DNA of 64,000 nucleotides from Adineta vaga (GCA_021613535.1 CP075492.1:16988001-17052000); one strand, 5' to 3'. Shown: positions 41,601 to 55,123, counted from the stretch's first letter. Notes: generated from the letters alone by a model not told the origin. Numbers and translations: made by a program.

Positions 41601-42878
41601 TCATTTACATGTTATGAGCGTGTACATGCTCTTTGGCGTTGGATTAAAAAGAAGATATTTGAGCTGAATCTGTTTGAGAGCGACGCATCATGGGACGACC
41701 ATCATCGACGACAATATGAGATTATTTCTACTCGTATCTACCTTCTTCTTCTCACTTTTGCTATTGGAATTATCATCGTTTATACTATAGCTATTGATCA
41801 GACTCAAACTATCATAGTGAAGAATCCATCTCAAAGACGTTTCGAAAAGCTTGTATCCAATCCAGGAAATTTGCCTACACTCGATTGTCCTTGTCAAAAC
41901 ATTCATATTCCATACGAATCCTTTATGTCGATCTCTCCACATTACCATCAACTTTGTTCAAGTGATTTTGTCGTTGAAAACTGTTCATGGATCAATTTCG
42001 TTCATTACAGATCAAGTCCTGTCAATTATTCGCATGAAGATTATCGTCTTTTTGTTCTACCTCATTTTCGATTACTTTGCCACTTGTGTGCTTTAGCTAA
42101 TGACGCGCTTGTCGAGGCCTTGCGTATTTTCCATTCAAACAAACTCATCACTAAACGAGCACAATCGCGTCAAGTTGTTGAAGCACAAGTAGAATCGGTG
42201 ATTAATCAGTTTCGTCTATCGACACCACAGACATTTATACGTATGCTCGACTTTATTCGGCAGATGGCTCAAGGAAATGGTTTAGTCTCGTCTATTTCCT
42301 CCAACTGGTTTGTACTACCAACGTATATCACAACAACTGTAATAGCGATGCGATCCCGGTCATATGGCGTCAATAATTGTTCATGTGGTACAAACTCCAT
42401 GTGCGTATCATCTGCAACTATTGATACATGGAGAGTACCTGGCTTTTTGGTTGGATGTTCTCCGCTCGAATCTCTTCTTCAATCGACTCTTGAATGTTTA
42501 TATGACGTGTCATGCATTAATAGATTAAAAATGCCGAATCAATATTCAAATATAACCATTCGTCCTCTCAAGTATACTCTCTCGTCTCCTAATGTTACTG
42601 TCCAATCTCTTGTGAATTTACTTATGGTTGATCGATGGGAACAGAGAAGTATCACCTATGAGCAGTATTATGCATCATGTGCACCGTCCATATGTTATTA
42701 TGTACCTACAGAACGGGCCAATCCAATATACCTAATTACTACAATTATTGGTGTCTATGGTGGATTAACGGTTGCGCTTCAAATTATCGTTCCTGTTGTG
42801 GTAAAAACGGGGCAATATCTGGCCATGTGCCGTCGACAACGGATTGAACCTATGGCAGCTGCTATTACTGATCAATAA
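38613..42878 (+). CDS. ~1295-aa membrane protein made of three tandem TM/Cys-rich ectodomain/TM modules; exons 38613-39912, 40102-41409, 41599-42878
   Basis: Each exon repeats TR(I/V)Y-TM, NPSQ, CPC, HxxCxS, VGC.P..SL..S.LEC, CAP..C.Y, (I/L)G..GG-TM. Both introns are phase-1 GT-AG. Confidence 0.85.
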
Positions 42879-43362
42879 TAAACAGAAAGAATATTCTCAG
42901 CTTGATTTCTCGTTGTTGTGTGAATGTATTCATGAGGATGTGGGTGCGGGTGTTCCTTCTTCTTCTTTCATCCACACCCACACCCACACTCACCCCTCTT
43001 TGCTAAAAATATGATCTCTATCTGTTAAGTTCTAGTGGAATTGTGCTTTGAAAATGGAATTTCCTTGAATCACTATATGCATAAAAAAATATACAGTTGA
43101 CAACTTTAATGTAGTGTCGCTGTCTGAGAACGAAACAAGAAGAAACCTCATCATTGTTTTTGTTTCATGATAGAGCTAAGATGGGAATAGAATAGATCAA
43201 GATGAATGCATGTCGTAACTTAGCTAACAGAGATTCGATTAATATGATCGCCACACTTGAGAGTGAATCAGTCAAGCTACGCTTTTATTTCACCAAAAAC
43301 AAAAACAACAGCTGGTCAATTGTATTATTCTTCAGTGGTAGCTTACGATCGCCAACGGTAGA

Positions 43363-44738
43363 CTACTTCGCATTGCCGTCGTCATCCTCTTCAATAATCT
43401 CGATAACATGATTGTCATCGTTATTATTGTCATCGTCATTGTTGTTACACTGCTGATAATCAACTGAATCAACAGTGTCCCAATGTTCTTGGCCAAAGTC
43501 ATCGGTAGTCAATTGACGAACAGTCCATACGTCAAAACAATAATCAGGATTGGTCACATATTTGTACGGAATATAACAATATCCCTTATCGCCCTGAAAC
43601 ATTAAATCAGAATTCAAAAAAACTAATTGGGTCCTATTTTCTTTTGTTAAAGAACAAAAACTGTAGCGAATAGGTCGAATTACTGCTGACATATAGATTC
43701 GACTTGATTAATCTTCAATGATAAACACGAATACTAATTCTGGCTGAGCATATGACGAAATCTTTTTTTTCAGGATATATTAGGAATTTTCAATAAAATT
43801 GTGTTCAAGATAGTAAAAAAATGAAGAAGATCATTCTCACCCAGTCTGCTCCCCATGAATTTCGAACAATAAATGATTGTGATTGATCACTGTATCCGAC
43901 CGCTAGAAGTGCGTGACTGAAACGAAGAAAAAGATGTTCATGAATAATTTTTTACTAGAGTAAATAGTCTACCTGTTATCCGACTGTTGACTTTCATCCG
44001 TTGAATTCGGCATGGGAACAACACCTGTTTTTCCTGCTTTATCAAAGGACGCAAACAGTTTTAAGCCGAACGCAAATGGATAGCCTTGTGCCAAACATGA
44101 TTTCATCTCCGTCAAATCAATGTCTACTTGCAATGCATCGATGATTTTATGTTCTGTCGCTTCTGAATAAGCGTCAATACTTGGTTTTGTATTCAATTGT
44201 GAAATATCATATGGCCAAATTGATTCGAGGCAAACTCCAAATTGTTCTAGAGTTTCAATGGCATTCGTCATTGTACAACCGGAATCCGTTATGCCTGATG
44301 GGTTTTCTTTGGCACGATCATTGTAATAGAGGAACATAAGACTGACAACTATGTCCTGATCGTTTTCTTTCTTGTTTAAATATTGATAGACATCTAAAAT
44401 GAGGACTACATGTGATAAAAGTAGTATATATTATGCTAAAATATTACCTGCCAGACAGTTCGCTGCGCTAAATTGTAATAGAATCAGATAGGAGAAAAAC
44501 TATTGGAAGAAATATCGATTTTATTTTACCAGCTGCCAATTTGCGACTGATCTTCAATGGGTAGCATATCTGATCGAAGGTCAACCTTAGGTGGAAGTTG
44601 GTCGTCACTGTAGATAACATAATGCTGAAATGGTTGACGCAATCGTTGTTTATGTGGCAAACGAGTTGACGGTCGAATACCGTTGAGACGGAATTTTCGA
44701 CCAGTGATTCGATTCAACAAATATGTCTTCATAGTCAT
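43363..44738 (-). CDS. Papain-family (C1A) cysteine protease, paralog of 879-1822; exons 44738-44530, 44467-44448, 44393-43973, 43916-43841, 43593-43363
   Basis: VDLR..IEDQSQIGS-C-AANCLA, FLYYN, SHALLAVGY, VRNSWGADW|GDKGYCYIPY; acidic tail. Confidence 0.9.
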
Positions 44739-46363
44739 CTTATTTCAATTGAAATTTCTATAATAAGAACAAAATCATCTAAATTCTAGACGCAATTGAT
44801 GTATTGTAATCTATGATGGTTACTATACCCGAAGAAGAAAAAAAAAGTTTTTCGATCCTCTCTTTATGTGAATTGGAGTCGACTATTTACGTCAGTTCTT
44901 CTCGTTATTTTTCCTTTTTTTTCATGGGGTGATCGAAGTGCACAAAAGTTACAACGACGTATTTCTCTTCTTTCCTCATAAAATAGTACTGCTCGTACAT
45001 GAGATGAAGACCATGGAAGGACCTATCTAATAAAGCCGTTATTTGGCCCTCATATTTTTTTCGGAAATTTCTATATATAAATAATGCACACACAATCCTG
45101 ACCACGATTATCGACATTATTCTTGAAAAATATGCAAAAATGTTTTTACTGTAGAGGGATATGTGTATGAGGACATCGAAAAAATTTTTTGTTTGAGTAT
45201 TGTTAAAGAAATATATTGCCTTATAGAATTCGCGATGCTAATCAAGACTACAGTCAAAGTCTAAAATACAGCGTAACCTGATTGAATAATATTTACTTTT
45301 TAGTCGATTCATAAAAGTTCTTCTAGTGAATATTTTTCGGTTTTCAGGCATTAATCAATCTTTGACGATGAACATTTTCTCTGTGTTGATTATAACATCC
45401 AGTTTGAATGACGAATGTGATCGGTAAATACCACTGACCGTCAATTTGAGAGAAACATATACTATAATCGATCATTTGTATCTTCATTAAATGTGTCTAT
45501 GACTATAATGGATAGATATAGAATAATTTTTTAAGAACTCCGCCTTTATTTTATCTAAGAAATGAAATATCCATTGATTGTTTGTCAACCAAAGTTTCTA
45601 ACGATTTCTGATCGATAAATCTATCAAATAATTGTCTACCTTGTCGACTTGAAAGTATTAAACGAAGATTCTTTTGAATATTATTTAGCATATCAAAGAG
45701 ATAAGGTGTGAGTGAAGTAAAGATTGACACATAATAATTGTGAAGATATAACTAACTGAATTTATTAATATTTTATTCTTGTTTTACATAAAACAAATAT
45801 TTCGTTAATTCCATTTGATAAGAGTAACATATTTTGACATGGCTTTTGAGCTCATGTTACTCTTAATGAGAAAAATGCAGAACATTACTTAATACTACCT
45901 AATGAATTGTTTTTTACATAAGAATCTTAACAAATAGTTAAACAGATTTTTATACATATAGAAAATATAAAACTTCGACCGAACCGTTAGGATTGATTGT
46001 CTTTATATTTAATTTTTAATATGATTAAATTTTTAGTCATCGATTATCCTTAGCTCCACAGTGCAATACTTGTTTCTTTTGAAAGATATCTTTGGAGATT
46101 CGAATGATATTTATTACGAGTTATCATCATGGAATCCCTTCAAAAACTGGGATCAATGTCAATCGTAATTTTGTATAACTATTTCATTCGAATTTAGATC
46201 CTTCACTTTAAAAATCGAGGTTGTGAGTGTGGGTGTTCCTTCTTCTCTCATCCACACTCACACCCACCCTCACCCACACCCTCAAATATATCGTCCTTCG
46301 TCCTCAAGACTGCCATCTTTGGGATGATTTCTATGCTATAAAAACATTTATGCAGAGATGTGT

Positions 46364-49300
46364 TTATTGATGTTTTGATTCACTTTCTAGCTCATCCATC
46401 GTCATCTGTAACATGTTTTTAATTTGTTCGTCATCCAGTAACACACGATCTTTGAGAACGTCTTCTTTGGTTGGTGGACTAGTATTATCGTTATTGGCAG
46501 ATCGATACAATTCGATAACTAATTGACAGCATTTTTCAATTAACGGCTCCAGCAAGAGTGGATCAGGCAGAAAAATCGATATCGCTTGTTTAACATATTT
46601 CAAAGCTTCTTGATATCGTTCATATCGCTGAAGACTTTGTGATAAACACATGTAACATTTTCCAATAGTATCTCGAATGTATGGTTTTCCGTAGCCATAC
46701 AAAAGATATTGAAAAGCACGATAAAATATTTCATATTCATGACTTGGTCTATAACGTCCGATTTTGCACATGCATCTTGCTGCTGTTATCCAGTTAATTG
46801 CAAATTTTTCTTGAAGAGCTAAATCCAATGCTTCTTGGTAGAGCTTTAAAGCCTTTTCTACATCATTTTCTGATGCATAAACATCACCCATTCTTTCAGA
46901 GCAGGATCCGATCAACGAATTGAAATAAGGTGATTTCGATCTTGAATTAGTAACTGATAGTTTTTGTTCATGCATATAACAATCTAAGGCATGTTTAGTA
47001 TCGTGATTTTGGTAAAAGTATCTGTAGCCAAGTTCTGCCCAAGCATCGATAACATAACTAACTCTGTTATCGATAAACAATTCCTCCTCCTCATCACCAT
47101 CGCCACCATCATCATTGTAAGTAGAACAGTATTGTAGAAATGCATATGAATTTTGTAGAAACGCTTCATCAGTCATGGTGTCAGAGCGAGCAAGTGCAAT
47201 ATCTTCGTACAGAAAACTGTCTACATCTTCAGTTCTATCCATCAATTCGTCGAAAATATTCCAAGCAAGTTCATAATCACTGTTGAGTTTGTGGATTTGA
47301 GCCAAATGAGACTAAAATAAACTTCTGAAAGACCGATACTTCTAAAATAAGATTTCGAATATATGGATTTACATGAGATAATTCTTCTTTAATAGAACTA
47401 ACCAAAAGGACATACTAGATGTATTTTTTTTCATTTCGTCTCATAGGCTTTTATGTTGTCGATAATCCTGCTTCAAGATACCAAGGACACATGTAACAAA
47501 TTTAAGATCTGTATATGTATCAGATATCATCAAGATTGTGTACTGCGAAACTGTTCTTTCTTACTTTTGACATAGTTCGTATTTAGAGAGGTCTGAAGAA
47601 ATCAACATACCTGTCTTGTATAAGTTGTTTGAGATTGTGGTTTGTCGTAGATAGATGCTTTTTGATAGTAGAAATAAGCTTGCATAAGTTTGCCTTTAGT
47701 TTTGAATACGCCACCTAAAGCATCATAGAGAGTAACAATCATGTCATCAAGAATCTTCGGCCCATGATCGAACAAATCTGCCGTGAATGATCGAAATGTT
47801 TTTAGTTGAAAACGACCCGAACTGTCATCATTCAATGTAACACTGCACAGTTCTGGTAAATTTAACTCACGTTGAAGGATCGGTACGTCTTCAACAAATG
47901 CAGAACAAAATTTTCGTGTAAATTCAAATTTGTCATCTTGCGAGTCAGAAAAGGGATCCAGCATCTCTTCCGTATCATCATCGTCATCATCAGAAGAATC
48001 TTTCTCTTCAATGAGATGTTGCAGTGTAAGTTCAAGTCTCATAAGACGTTCGTCATCACTGATTCGTATCAAAGGATCGTCTACTTGTGGTATACGGGTA
48101 AATATGGCATTCCACACACGTTCTTTCTCATCGTAAACACAATCAAGAAGATTAACCGTATAAGTTGGAGAAAGAAGAATTTCCCCTTCATCTCCATTAT
48201 AACTCAAACGATGAATATCAGCGAGACCATGTTTTGGACTAAAATCTGCCCACTCAATATCAAAAATAACAGATTGTATAGGATCATCAGGACCAAAAGC
48301 GCCTGCACCTGCGAACATATTTGCCACAGCCAGATCGGTTGTCATAGAGAGAAAACTATTGACGAATAATTCTTCTCCTTTATTTTTCTTCAATTGTTGT
48401 AGTTCTTCCATTGACATCAATTGTCCACGGTATAGATGCACAGTCTCGGCTCTCATCCAATCTTGTTCTATCGTTCTCAATTCGTTACTCAATTGGTGAT
48501 CAAGGTCATAAATAAGAAAATGAGTTAACTGAATAGCTTGTTGATTTTTCTCACGAAGAATCCTGTTCAATACTTTGTAGAGAAATCCATCTCGTGTATA
48601 CCAACGAATAGCCTCGTCGGGAGTATATGTAATTTTGAACTCTTCTATCGCTTGCAAGATAGAAGGATTATCATGATAAAGAAGAGCACATTCTTCAACG
48701 AATTTATCTTTGCAACTTCGGGTTGGCGGTACTGTTTGAAATGCACGAATTAAATGGATATACCAATCAGTGACGTAAGAATAGCTAGTTGAAGTTGATC
48801 GTTCGATGGTTTTCGAAGCACTTGTCAAGGGAGGAGGCTCAGTTGCCATACTCGGTTGAAAAGTCATAGTACGAATATGCTTGGAAAGAGTAAAGAATAA
48901 TTCTTTGAGATCTTCGAATGGACCACGTACCTAAAATAATTATTCCTTTTTACGATTTATTTTGTCTAACAAAATTTTTGATGAGACAGATTTAATCATT
49001 TACCTTGGGGCATTCGATGAATAATTCATTTCTATTCGATTGACTGTTATTATCATCACGTTCTTGATAAACATAAATTAAACGAATTTGAACAGAATTA
49101 GTCAACTGAACAAAGTGTTTTTCGAGAGTGCCAGAACTCAAGACGAGCATAATATTCTGATCTTTTGTTTTTCTTATATCATCAATATACGATATTTTGC
49201 GAAGATAATCGACGATTCCTCGTAATTTAACTTTTGATATATCGTAATCATCTTGTTGGGAGATAGCATTATCATAGAGCCAAAGGATAGTGTATTCTTT

Positions 49301-49411
49301 TGTTTTCTCGATCTCACCAAAAGTTGATTTGCGTGTATCACGTTTCTTTGAATGGCTTTTTTTTCTTCCACGATGTTGTTCCTTTCTTTTGTAAGCATGT
49401 GTAGTGGCCAT
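46364..49411 (-). CDS. R-S-E ADP-ribosyltransferase with an N-terminal receiver-like fold and C-terminal TPRs; exons 49411-49004, 48930-47611, 47311-46364
   Basis: AIRWYTRD, LYRGQ, NSFLSMT, GDEGEILL; TPR-like helices (ALKLYQEAL, YQEALKYVKQAI); phase-0 introns. Confidence 0.85.
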
Positions 49412-49701
49412 AAAGTAAATGAAATTCTTCGAAGGTAAAATAAGAACGCAAAACAATTTTGCAAGAAAAAAACACACTCAAACGTTATATATAACTTGCA
49501 AAGAGTAAAGTGTTGTCTTTTCTGCTTTTTTAACAGTAAAAAACGTTTCAAAGACACTACTGATTTCTTTTCTCTTTCTGTTGAGGGTGTGGGTTAAAGT
49601 CAAATTAAACTTTCAAAAAAATTCAATTTTAGTAAATTTTTTATTTTCAATTTTATTCAAATCAATCAGTATTTGTATTATTCATATATACATCTTCATA
49701 C

Positions 49702-52700
49702 TTATGTATTTGCTAGGTTGGAAAGAACAACCGATGGTTGTAACATGTAAGTTATATGTTTGCCTAATGAAGTATCCTTCTTAAATATATCGTAGTATTG
49801 TTTCGATGGTGTAACATATAGAAAGAAAATACTCATTTGTGGTAAAAATGAAATGTAGTAAATACATAGAGTAACTGGTGAAAACCAAGTGCTAGTATCG
49901 TAGTCACATGCATTTAGAAACAGAATTATAATTTCAGGTAATTGTGCTAAAAAACAAACAACTGGACCCAAAAGAAGATCAAGTCGTTTTCGTGTTTCAT
50001 CCATTAGAGTATTGTGCTTAGTTTTGCGATGAGCATGTATCTTCGATCGCGTAATCACTAAAATGATTATCAACGCAGCAATTATATTAATTAGAAAAGG
50101 TAATATTTGATGAATCAAAGCCAACGCGTATGTAAACAATTGTTGATTTAGAGAAATTTCACGTACGCACCAAGGAAATATATAATCGGGATGATTAAAT
50201 AATTGGTATTGACTGATGAATATATAATTTGAACTTGAAACAATTAAAATAATTACTAACACTAATAAGATTGCCTTTCTAAGCTCTTGTAACCAAGACC
50301 ATAGAGAAAACCATAGCACAGACACTGCTCTTTCTACTGTAACTATCGCCATTAACCATAAACTGGTATAATAGAAAGTATACATAAGCATAGGTAGAAT
50401 CTTGCACAATACTATATTTATTCGATGCAAGATAACGATTCTTCGTATCATGTAGAGATAAATTATTCTTGCAAGTAATAATATCATTATCAAGAGACTA
50501 CATAATGAAGTTGCCAGAAGATGAACAGCTACTCCGTTCGTACGAAGTTTTTTATGTGTAAAAGTAATAATCGAAAGAGAATTAAGAATCATGCCAATAA
50601 TAAATAGAATTACTGGTGCTATAAAATGTCCATAACCCCAATCGTTTTTCTCAAATAGAAATTCTAGCGAAATTGAGAAACGACTCGAAGAAAACTGGCA
50701 CAAGATCCCTGTGACACATTTCGGACATACACAAATAAAATCTGTTCTATTTGTCAGATCACCCTGAACACAATGTCCTTGATTCTGACAATAGTTACAA
50801 GTTATGTATGTTCGTTGGTACGACAGACAGTTGCTCTGATTGCTTTTTAAATAATTACAATAACATAAATAGCCGTCATACGCAAAACAAATGCCATAAG
50901 TTAAATTATTACAAAATTCTGGGAATAGTGCGACAGGTTGTTGTTCATCCTTCGGTAATTCATGACATTCTTGTGCTTGTAGATCCAAATCGATTGTAAA
51001 GTTTCGTAAATTATTTGTACAATTGATGAAAAGTAAATATAACGTACTTTGTATTGAATTTGTATAAGATTCAAATGAATAGAGTAATCCAATCTCTGGA
51101 AGAGGTCCAATATAATCGCGTTTATCACGAGTTTTAATTGTTTTAATCAATGGAAATGATGTCAATGGTTGAATGAGAATTTGATGACGAATAGTTGGAT
51201 AATTACCAGTTAGTTGAAGTAATTGTATAAGAAATGGTGACTCATTTGGTTCTTGACGATTTAAAACAATAATAGGTCGATCAGGCTTACAATTAGTCGT
51301 GTTACAAATACACATATATCTATGTATAGGAAGATCAGAACGTGGAATACATGTTTCATTCGATTTACATATGACTCGTAGACATTTTCGATTCTCTACA
51401 AAACAATGTGGTCGCATATAACCATGTTGACATACACAAATATTTTCAGCTCTTGCGAGAGAATTTGTTGAACAGCGAATGTGATCCATTTGGATTTCAC
51501 AAAATTTGCCCTTCCAGGGACGCGGACAAACGCAAAGAAACCTATTCTTTTCTGATTGATAGCAAGTTCCATTATTCTGACAATTATTTTGTAAACAATA
51601 CCAAGGAAATGAATGATCAGGAAATCGAAGCACTTTAGCAATGCGAAATACAGGTAGAAAATCTAATGGACTAACTAAATACTCCCAGAAGTGAAGAAAT
51701 TGTGCAGAATGATAAACTTCAATTCGTATAGAATAGATGCCTGCGGGTTTCGGACGAGGATAAATCAAATAAATATCATTCTTCGATGGATATTCTTTGT
51801 TTTCATCGGTGAGAAAGTTATGATCCAAGATTTGGCTATCGTTTAGTAAAAGTATAAGTAGAACATCGAGAACAGTTGGTAGATCATCACGATGCCATCG
51901 ATCGAAACGAATTCGGATGGTAACTCGTCGGCTATCGTATTGGCAACGGTCACCATAAAAAGTGAGAGGACAAAAACATAAGATCTTTGAACTATGATTT
52001 TCTCTCAAATAAAATCCTTTATTACAATACATATAATAAGTTGATGACTCTGCTAATCGATCTCTAATACGATGTTCTGTAGAACGTGCTGCAATCATAT
52101 GCTTCATCTGTGATTGAGAATGATCATAACATCTGCTTTTATCATCAAAGATTGATCGATATTTTTGTGAGCGATATACAGCATTATTATTACTTGGATT
52201 TGGACACCAAAATCGATGAGATTTGTCAGTACATGTTGGATTACTTTTACATCTGCTGTTTATACATCTGATGCTTCCATTCGCACAGGGAAAATTTCCG
52301 GGCAAACACTTATCAAGATTCCAATAACAAATTGTTTCATCTGTTCCATCCATACAATCTCTGATTCCATTGCAAATAGCTTGATGATCGATACATTTCG
52401 TTCGATTATCACATAAAAAACGATCACCAATCATTCGATGATCAACGGGACACGATAAAACATTACGTTCATCGCGAGCACCAATGCAATCGATCTGACC
52501 ATCACCTACTTGACTCCAAAAGATACAAGGATGTGAAGAATTTTGATCCTTCATATATTGTTTAGTGATGCAGAAATATTCGAATTTCTTGTCACATTTT
52601 GATTCAAAAGTCCATAATTCTCGCGGTGGACGACAATTTATTTCATCTTCACCATCATCACAATCAAAATCACCATCACAAAGATATTCACGTTCGATAC

Positions 52701-54534
52701 ACTGTCCTGTTTGATTACATTTAATTAAACCCTCATCACAAATCCATTTTGAACAATTTCTTTCATCATTACCATCCATCATGTCCCACATTGTATCACA
52801 ATAACGATGAAAATGAAGTCGAACATTTCTAATACGATCATTATTAAATTGACCACCTTGAAAAACCCAACATTCATATCTATCATTTAAATCACATTTA
52901 AAATGTGACCAATTTAATTCTCGTGATATTTCATCACTTCCATCAATACAATCATCAATACCATCGCCTAATTTTGAGTAACTAACATATTGTGATGGAT
53001 ATGTAACAGTCTGACATTGATATCGAAATAATTGATTAACTGGATAATTTAGATTTCTTTCATCATCACCATAAAGACAATCAATATATCCATCATTGAT
53101 ACGACGTAATGATAATCGATCGGAAGTATTTTTACATTGATAATAAGGTGATGATAATAACGATGAATGAGAATTGGTTACATAAAATTGATTCAACGAT
53201 TGATTTCCAAATCGCTGGCATAATAAATGAGATAATGGAAAAAATGGATAAAAAGTCAGTTGTTGTCGTTCTTGATGAGTGAACCAAAATTTATCGGAAA
53301 TATTTATTTGAACACCATTGCATTTGATTTCACCAGTAAAATAATATGAATGTGGTGTTCTACGAATGTATTTTGCTAAATTTTTCGGCTCCTCATAGAA
53401 TTTTTCTATATTAGAACGATTGTAGACAATATGTAAACCTGGAAAATATGCATTCTTATTAGAATAAAGAATAAGTTGTTCACAACGTTCCTTAATATTT
53501 TCAAGAGCTATTTGCCGTAATTTTTTGTCAAAACGAATGCGTAACAAATGCCCAAGACTTTGCAAACAACTTGATGTATTTGTTAGTGCTGAAAGTTTTC
53601 TTATTGTTTCTGTACAAAGTCCAACTAATTCTTCTGAGACTTCTTTTTTATAATCCATTGTGTCACAGATATAAGCCGCTTGACGACGATTAATGCAGCC
53701 TTTATCATCTTCGAAAATCGATACCCAAGGAATACATTCACCATTTCCACAAGAAAATTGATCTTTTTGACATAATCGATTATCACAATTGACCGATGTT
53801 TTCCCTGGACATCTGTAGTATAGAGCATGCATCTCTTCCGTTGACTGTTCATCACTTGCGTCCATACAATCTGGCATTGCATCAAATACAAATTCGATTG
53901 ATATACACATTCCATTGCGACATTGGAATTCACCCTTTTCGCATTCATAAAATTCTAATAAATCACATTGATATTCATCAGCTCCATTTGAACATTGAGT
54001 AATACCATCACAAATATGTCGCCACTCAAGAAATATATGTGCATTTGTACATATAATGCCATCGACGAGTTTTGTAAGAGTTTCATTCATATTCTTAGTT
54101 GGAGGTGTATTTTGTTTGCCTAGTACATTACCTGGATTTGTAAATTGTTGTTCAACACTATAATCACATGCTCTACCACTCCAATCAGACGTGCAATTGC
54201 ATATGGTTAACTTAGCAAGAAAAATATTTTCATCATTGTTCAAATAATCAGCATATCGTTCTATTAAATTAAGTGGAATCGACCAATCGATCAAATTGTC
54301 AGTTGTTACTTTGCGTGTCTTGAGCTTTTCAAAACTCCATAATTTACCATGTGTACATAATGTTACGGTGCTGTTACTTTCCTCAATTTGATGACAAAAG
54401 TAATGTGAATCAATAAAGAAACAATCTGCATGTATTTCTTCTTTCGTATAAGTCATCCAATATATATTACTTTTTACAATGAATAATCTCATCAATTTAA
54501 TAATCAACACAAGATATAACTGCGACCTTTTCAT
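49702..54534 (-). CDS. Large intronless GPCR with an LDL-receptor class A and EGF-repeat ectodomain (1610 aa)
   Basis: Repeated CDG..DC.DG.DE motifs, EGF motifs (CQNNGTC..CVC..W.G..C), C-terminal 7TM with TVERA. Confidence 0.92.
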   Translation of the reverse strand: MKRSQLYLVLIIKLMRLFIVKSNIYWMTYTKEEIHADCFFIDSHYFCHQIEESNSTVTLCTHGKLWSFEKLKTRKVTTDNLIDWSIPLNLIERYADYLNNDENIFLAKLTICNCTSDWSGRACDYSVEQQFTNPGNVLGKQNTPPTKNMNETLTKLVDGIICTNAHIFLEWRHICDGITQCSNGADEYQCDLLEFYECEKGEFQCRNGMCISIEFVFDAMPDCMDASDEQSTEEMHALYYRCPGKTSVNCDNRLCQKDQFSCGNGECIPWVSIFEDDKGCINRRQAAYICDTMDYKKEVSEELVGLCTETIRKLSALTNTSSCLQSLGHLLRIRFDKKLRQIALENIKERCEQLILYSNKNAYFPGLHIVYNRSNIEKFYEEPKNLAKYIRRTPHSYYFTGEIKCNGVQINISDKFWFTHQERQQLTFYPFFPLSHLLCQRFGNQSLNQFYVTNSHSSLLSSPYYQCKNTSDRLSLRRINDGYIDCLYGDDERNLNYPVNQLFRYQCQTVTYPSQYVSYSKLGDGIDDCIDGSDEISRELNWSHFKCDLNDRYECWVFQGGQFNNDRIRNVRLHFHRYCDTMWDMMDGNDERNCSKWICDEGLIKCNQTGQCIEREYLCDGDFDCDDGEDEINCRPPRELWTFESKCDKKFEYFCITKQYMKDQNSSHPCIFWSQVGDGQIDCIGARDERNVLSCPVDHRMIGDRFLCDNRTKCIDHQAICNGIRDCMDGTDETICYWNLDKCLPGNFPCANGSIRCINSRCKSNPTCTDKSHRFWCPNPSNNNAVYRSQKYRSIFDDKSRCYDHSQSQMKHMIAARSTEHRIRDRLAESSTYYMYCNKGFYLRENHSSKILCFCPLTFYGDRCQYDSRRVTIRIRFDRWHRDDLPTVLDVLLILLLNDSQILDHNFLTDENKEYPSKNDIYLIYPRPKPAGIYSIRIEVYHSAQFLHFWEYLVSPLDFLPVFRIAKVLRFPDHSFPWYCLQNNCQNNGTCYQSEKNRFLCVCPRPWKGKFCEIQMDHIRCSTNSLARAENICVCQHGYMRPHCFVENRKCLRVICKSNETCIPRSDLPIHRYMCICNTTNCKPDRPIIVLNRQEPNESPFLIQLLQLTGNYPTIRHQILIQPLTSFPLIKTIKTRDKRDYIGPLPEIGLLYSFESYTNSIQSTLYLLFINCTNNLRNFTIDLDLQAQECHELPKDEQQPVALFPEFCNNLTYGICFAYDGYLCYCNYLKSNQSNCLSYQRTYITCNYCQNQGHCVQGDLTNRTDFICVCPKCVTGILCQFSSSRFSISLEFLFEKNDWGYGHFIAPVILFIIGMILNSLSIITFTHKKLRTNGVAVHLLATSLCSLLIMILLLARIIYLYMIRRIVILHRINIVLCKILPMLMYTFYYTSLWLMAIVTVERAVSVLWFSLWSWLQELRKAILLVLVIILIVSSSNYIFISQYQLFNHPDYIFPWCVREISLNQQLFTYALALIHQILPFLINIIAALIIILVITRSKIHAHRKTKHNTLMDETRKRLDLLLGPVVCFLAQLPEIIILFLNACDYDTSTWFSPVTLCIYYISFLPQMSIFFLYVTPSKQYYDIFKKDTSLGKHITYMLQPSVVLSNLANT

Positions 54535-55123
54535 TATTCGATTTGACTTCAGTTAATTGTTATAGCTGACAACTAAATTGATGTTTCATGAAACTCTATC
54601 TTGCTTGAAAATCATCACGTATATTATATTAACATAACTATTTCCTTGTAGGAAAACACGTTGTCTTTATCTATTGAATAGACGTGTTTTCTTTGGTATT
54701 TCTACATCCGTCTTCGAAAACGATTGAATAAAACCGTGATATAATAGTATAATCAATACTAAATTTTGTATTTGTTTGAAATTATGTAAATATTAAAAGA
54801 TTTCCATTCAAGAAAAATGAATGATGAAATGCAACAATATTTGACTCATTTTTTAATGAGTATCTCAAGAATCGTTTATTGTCAGAAATATTTAAAAAAA
54901 AGATTCGTTACAAAATTTTTTCTCTAAGAAAAAAGAGTGAGCGTGAGAATGAGGTGTGGCTTAAAAGTGGACATATACATTCACAAGATGATAAAAGTTC
55001 AACTTTAATGCCTTGTAAACATAATCTTTCAAATGTCTATAAAAGATTAAAAATTTTTTATACATTTAAGATCTTGATTGAGAGAATCATCGTTGGAACA
55101 TTGCCTCTTTCTCTCTCTCTCTG

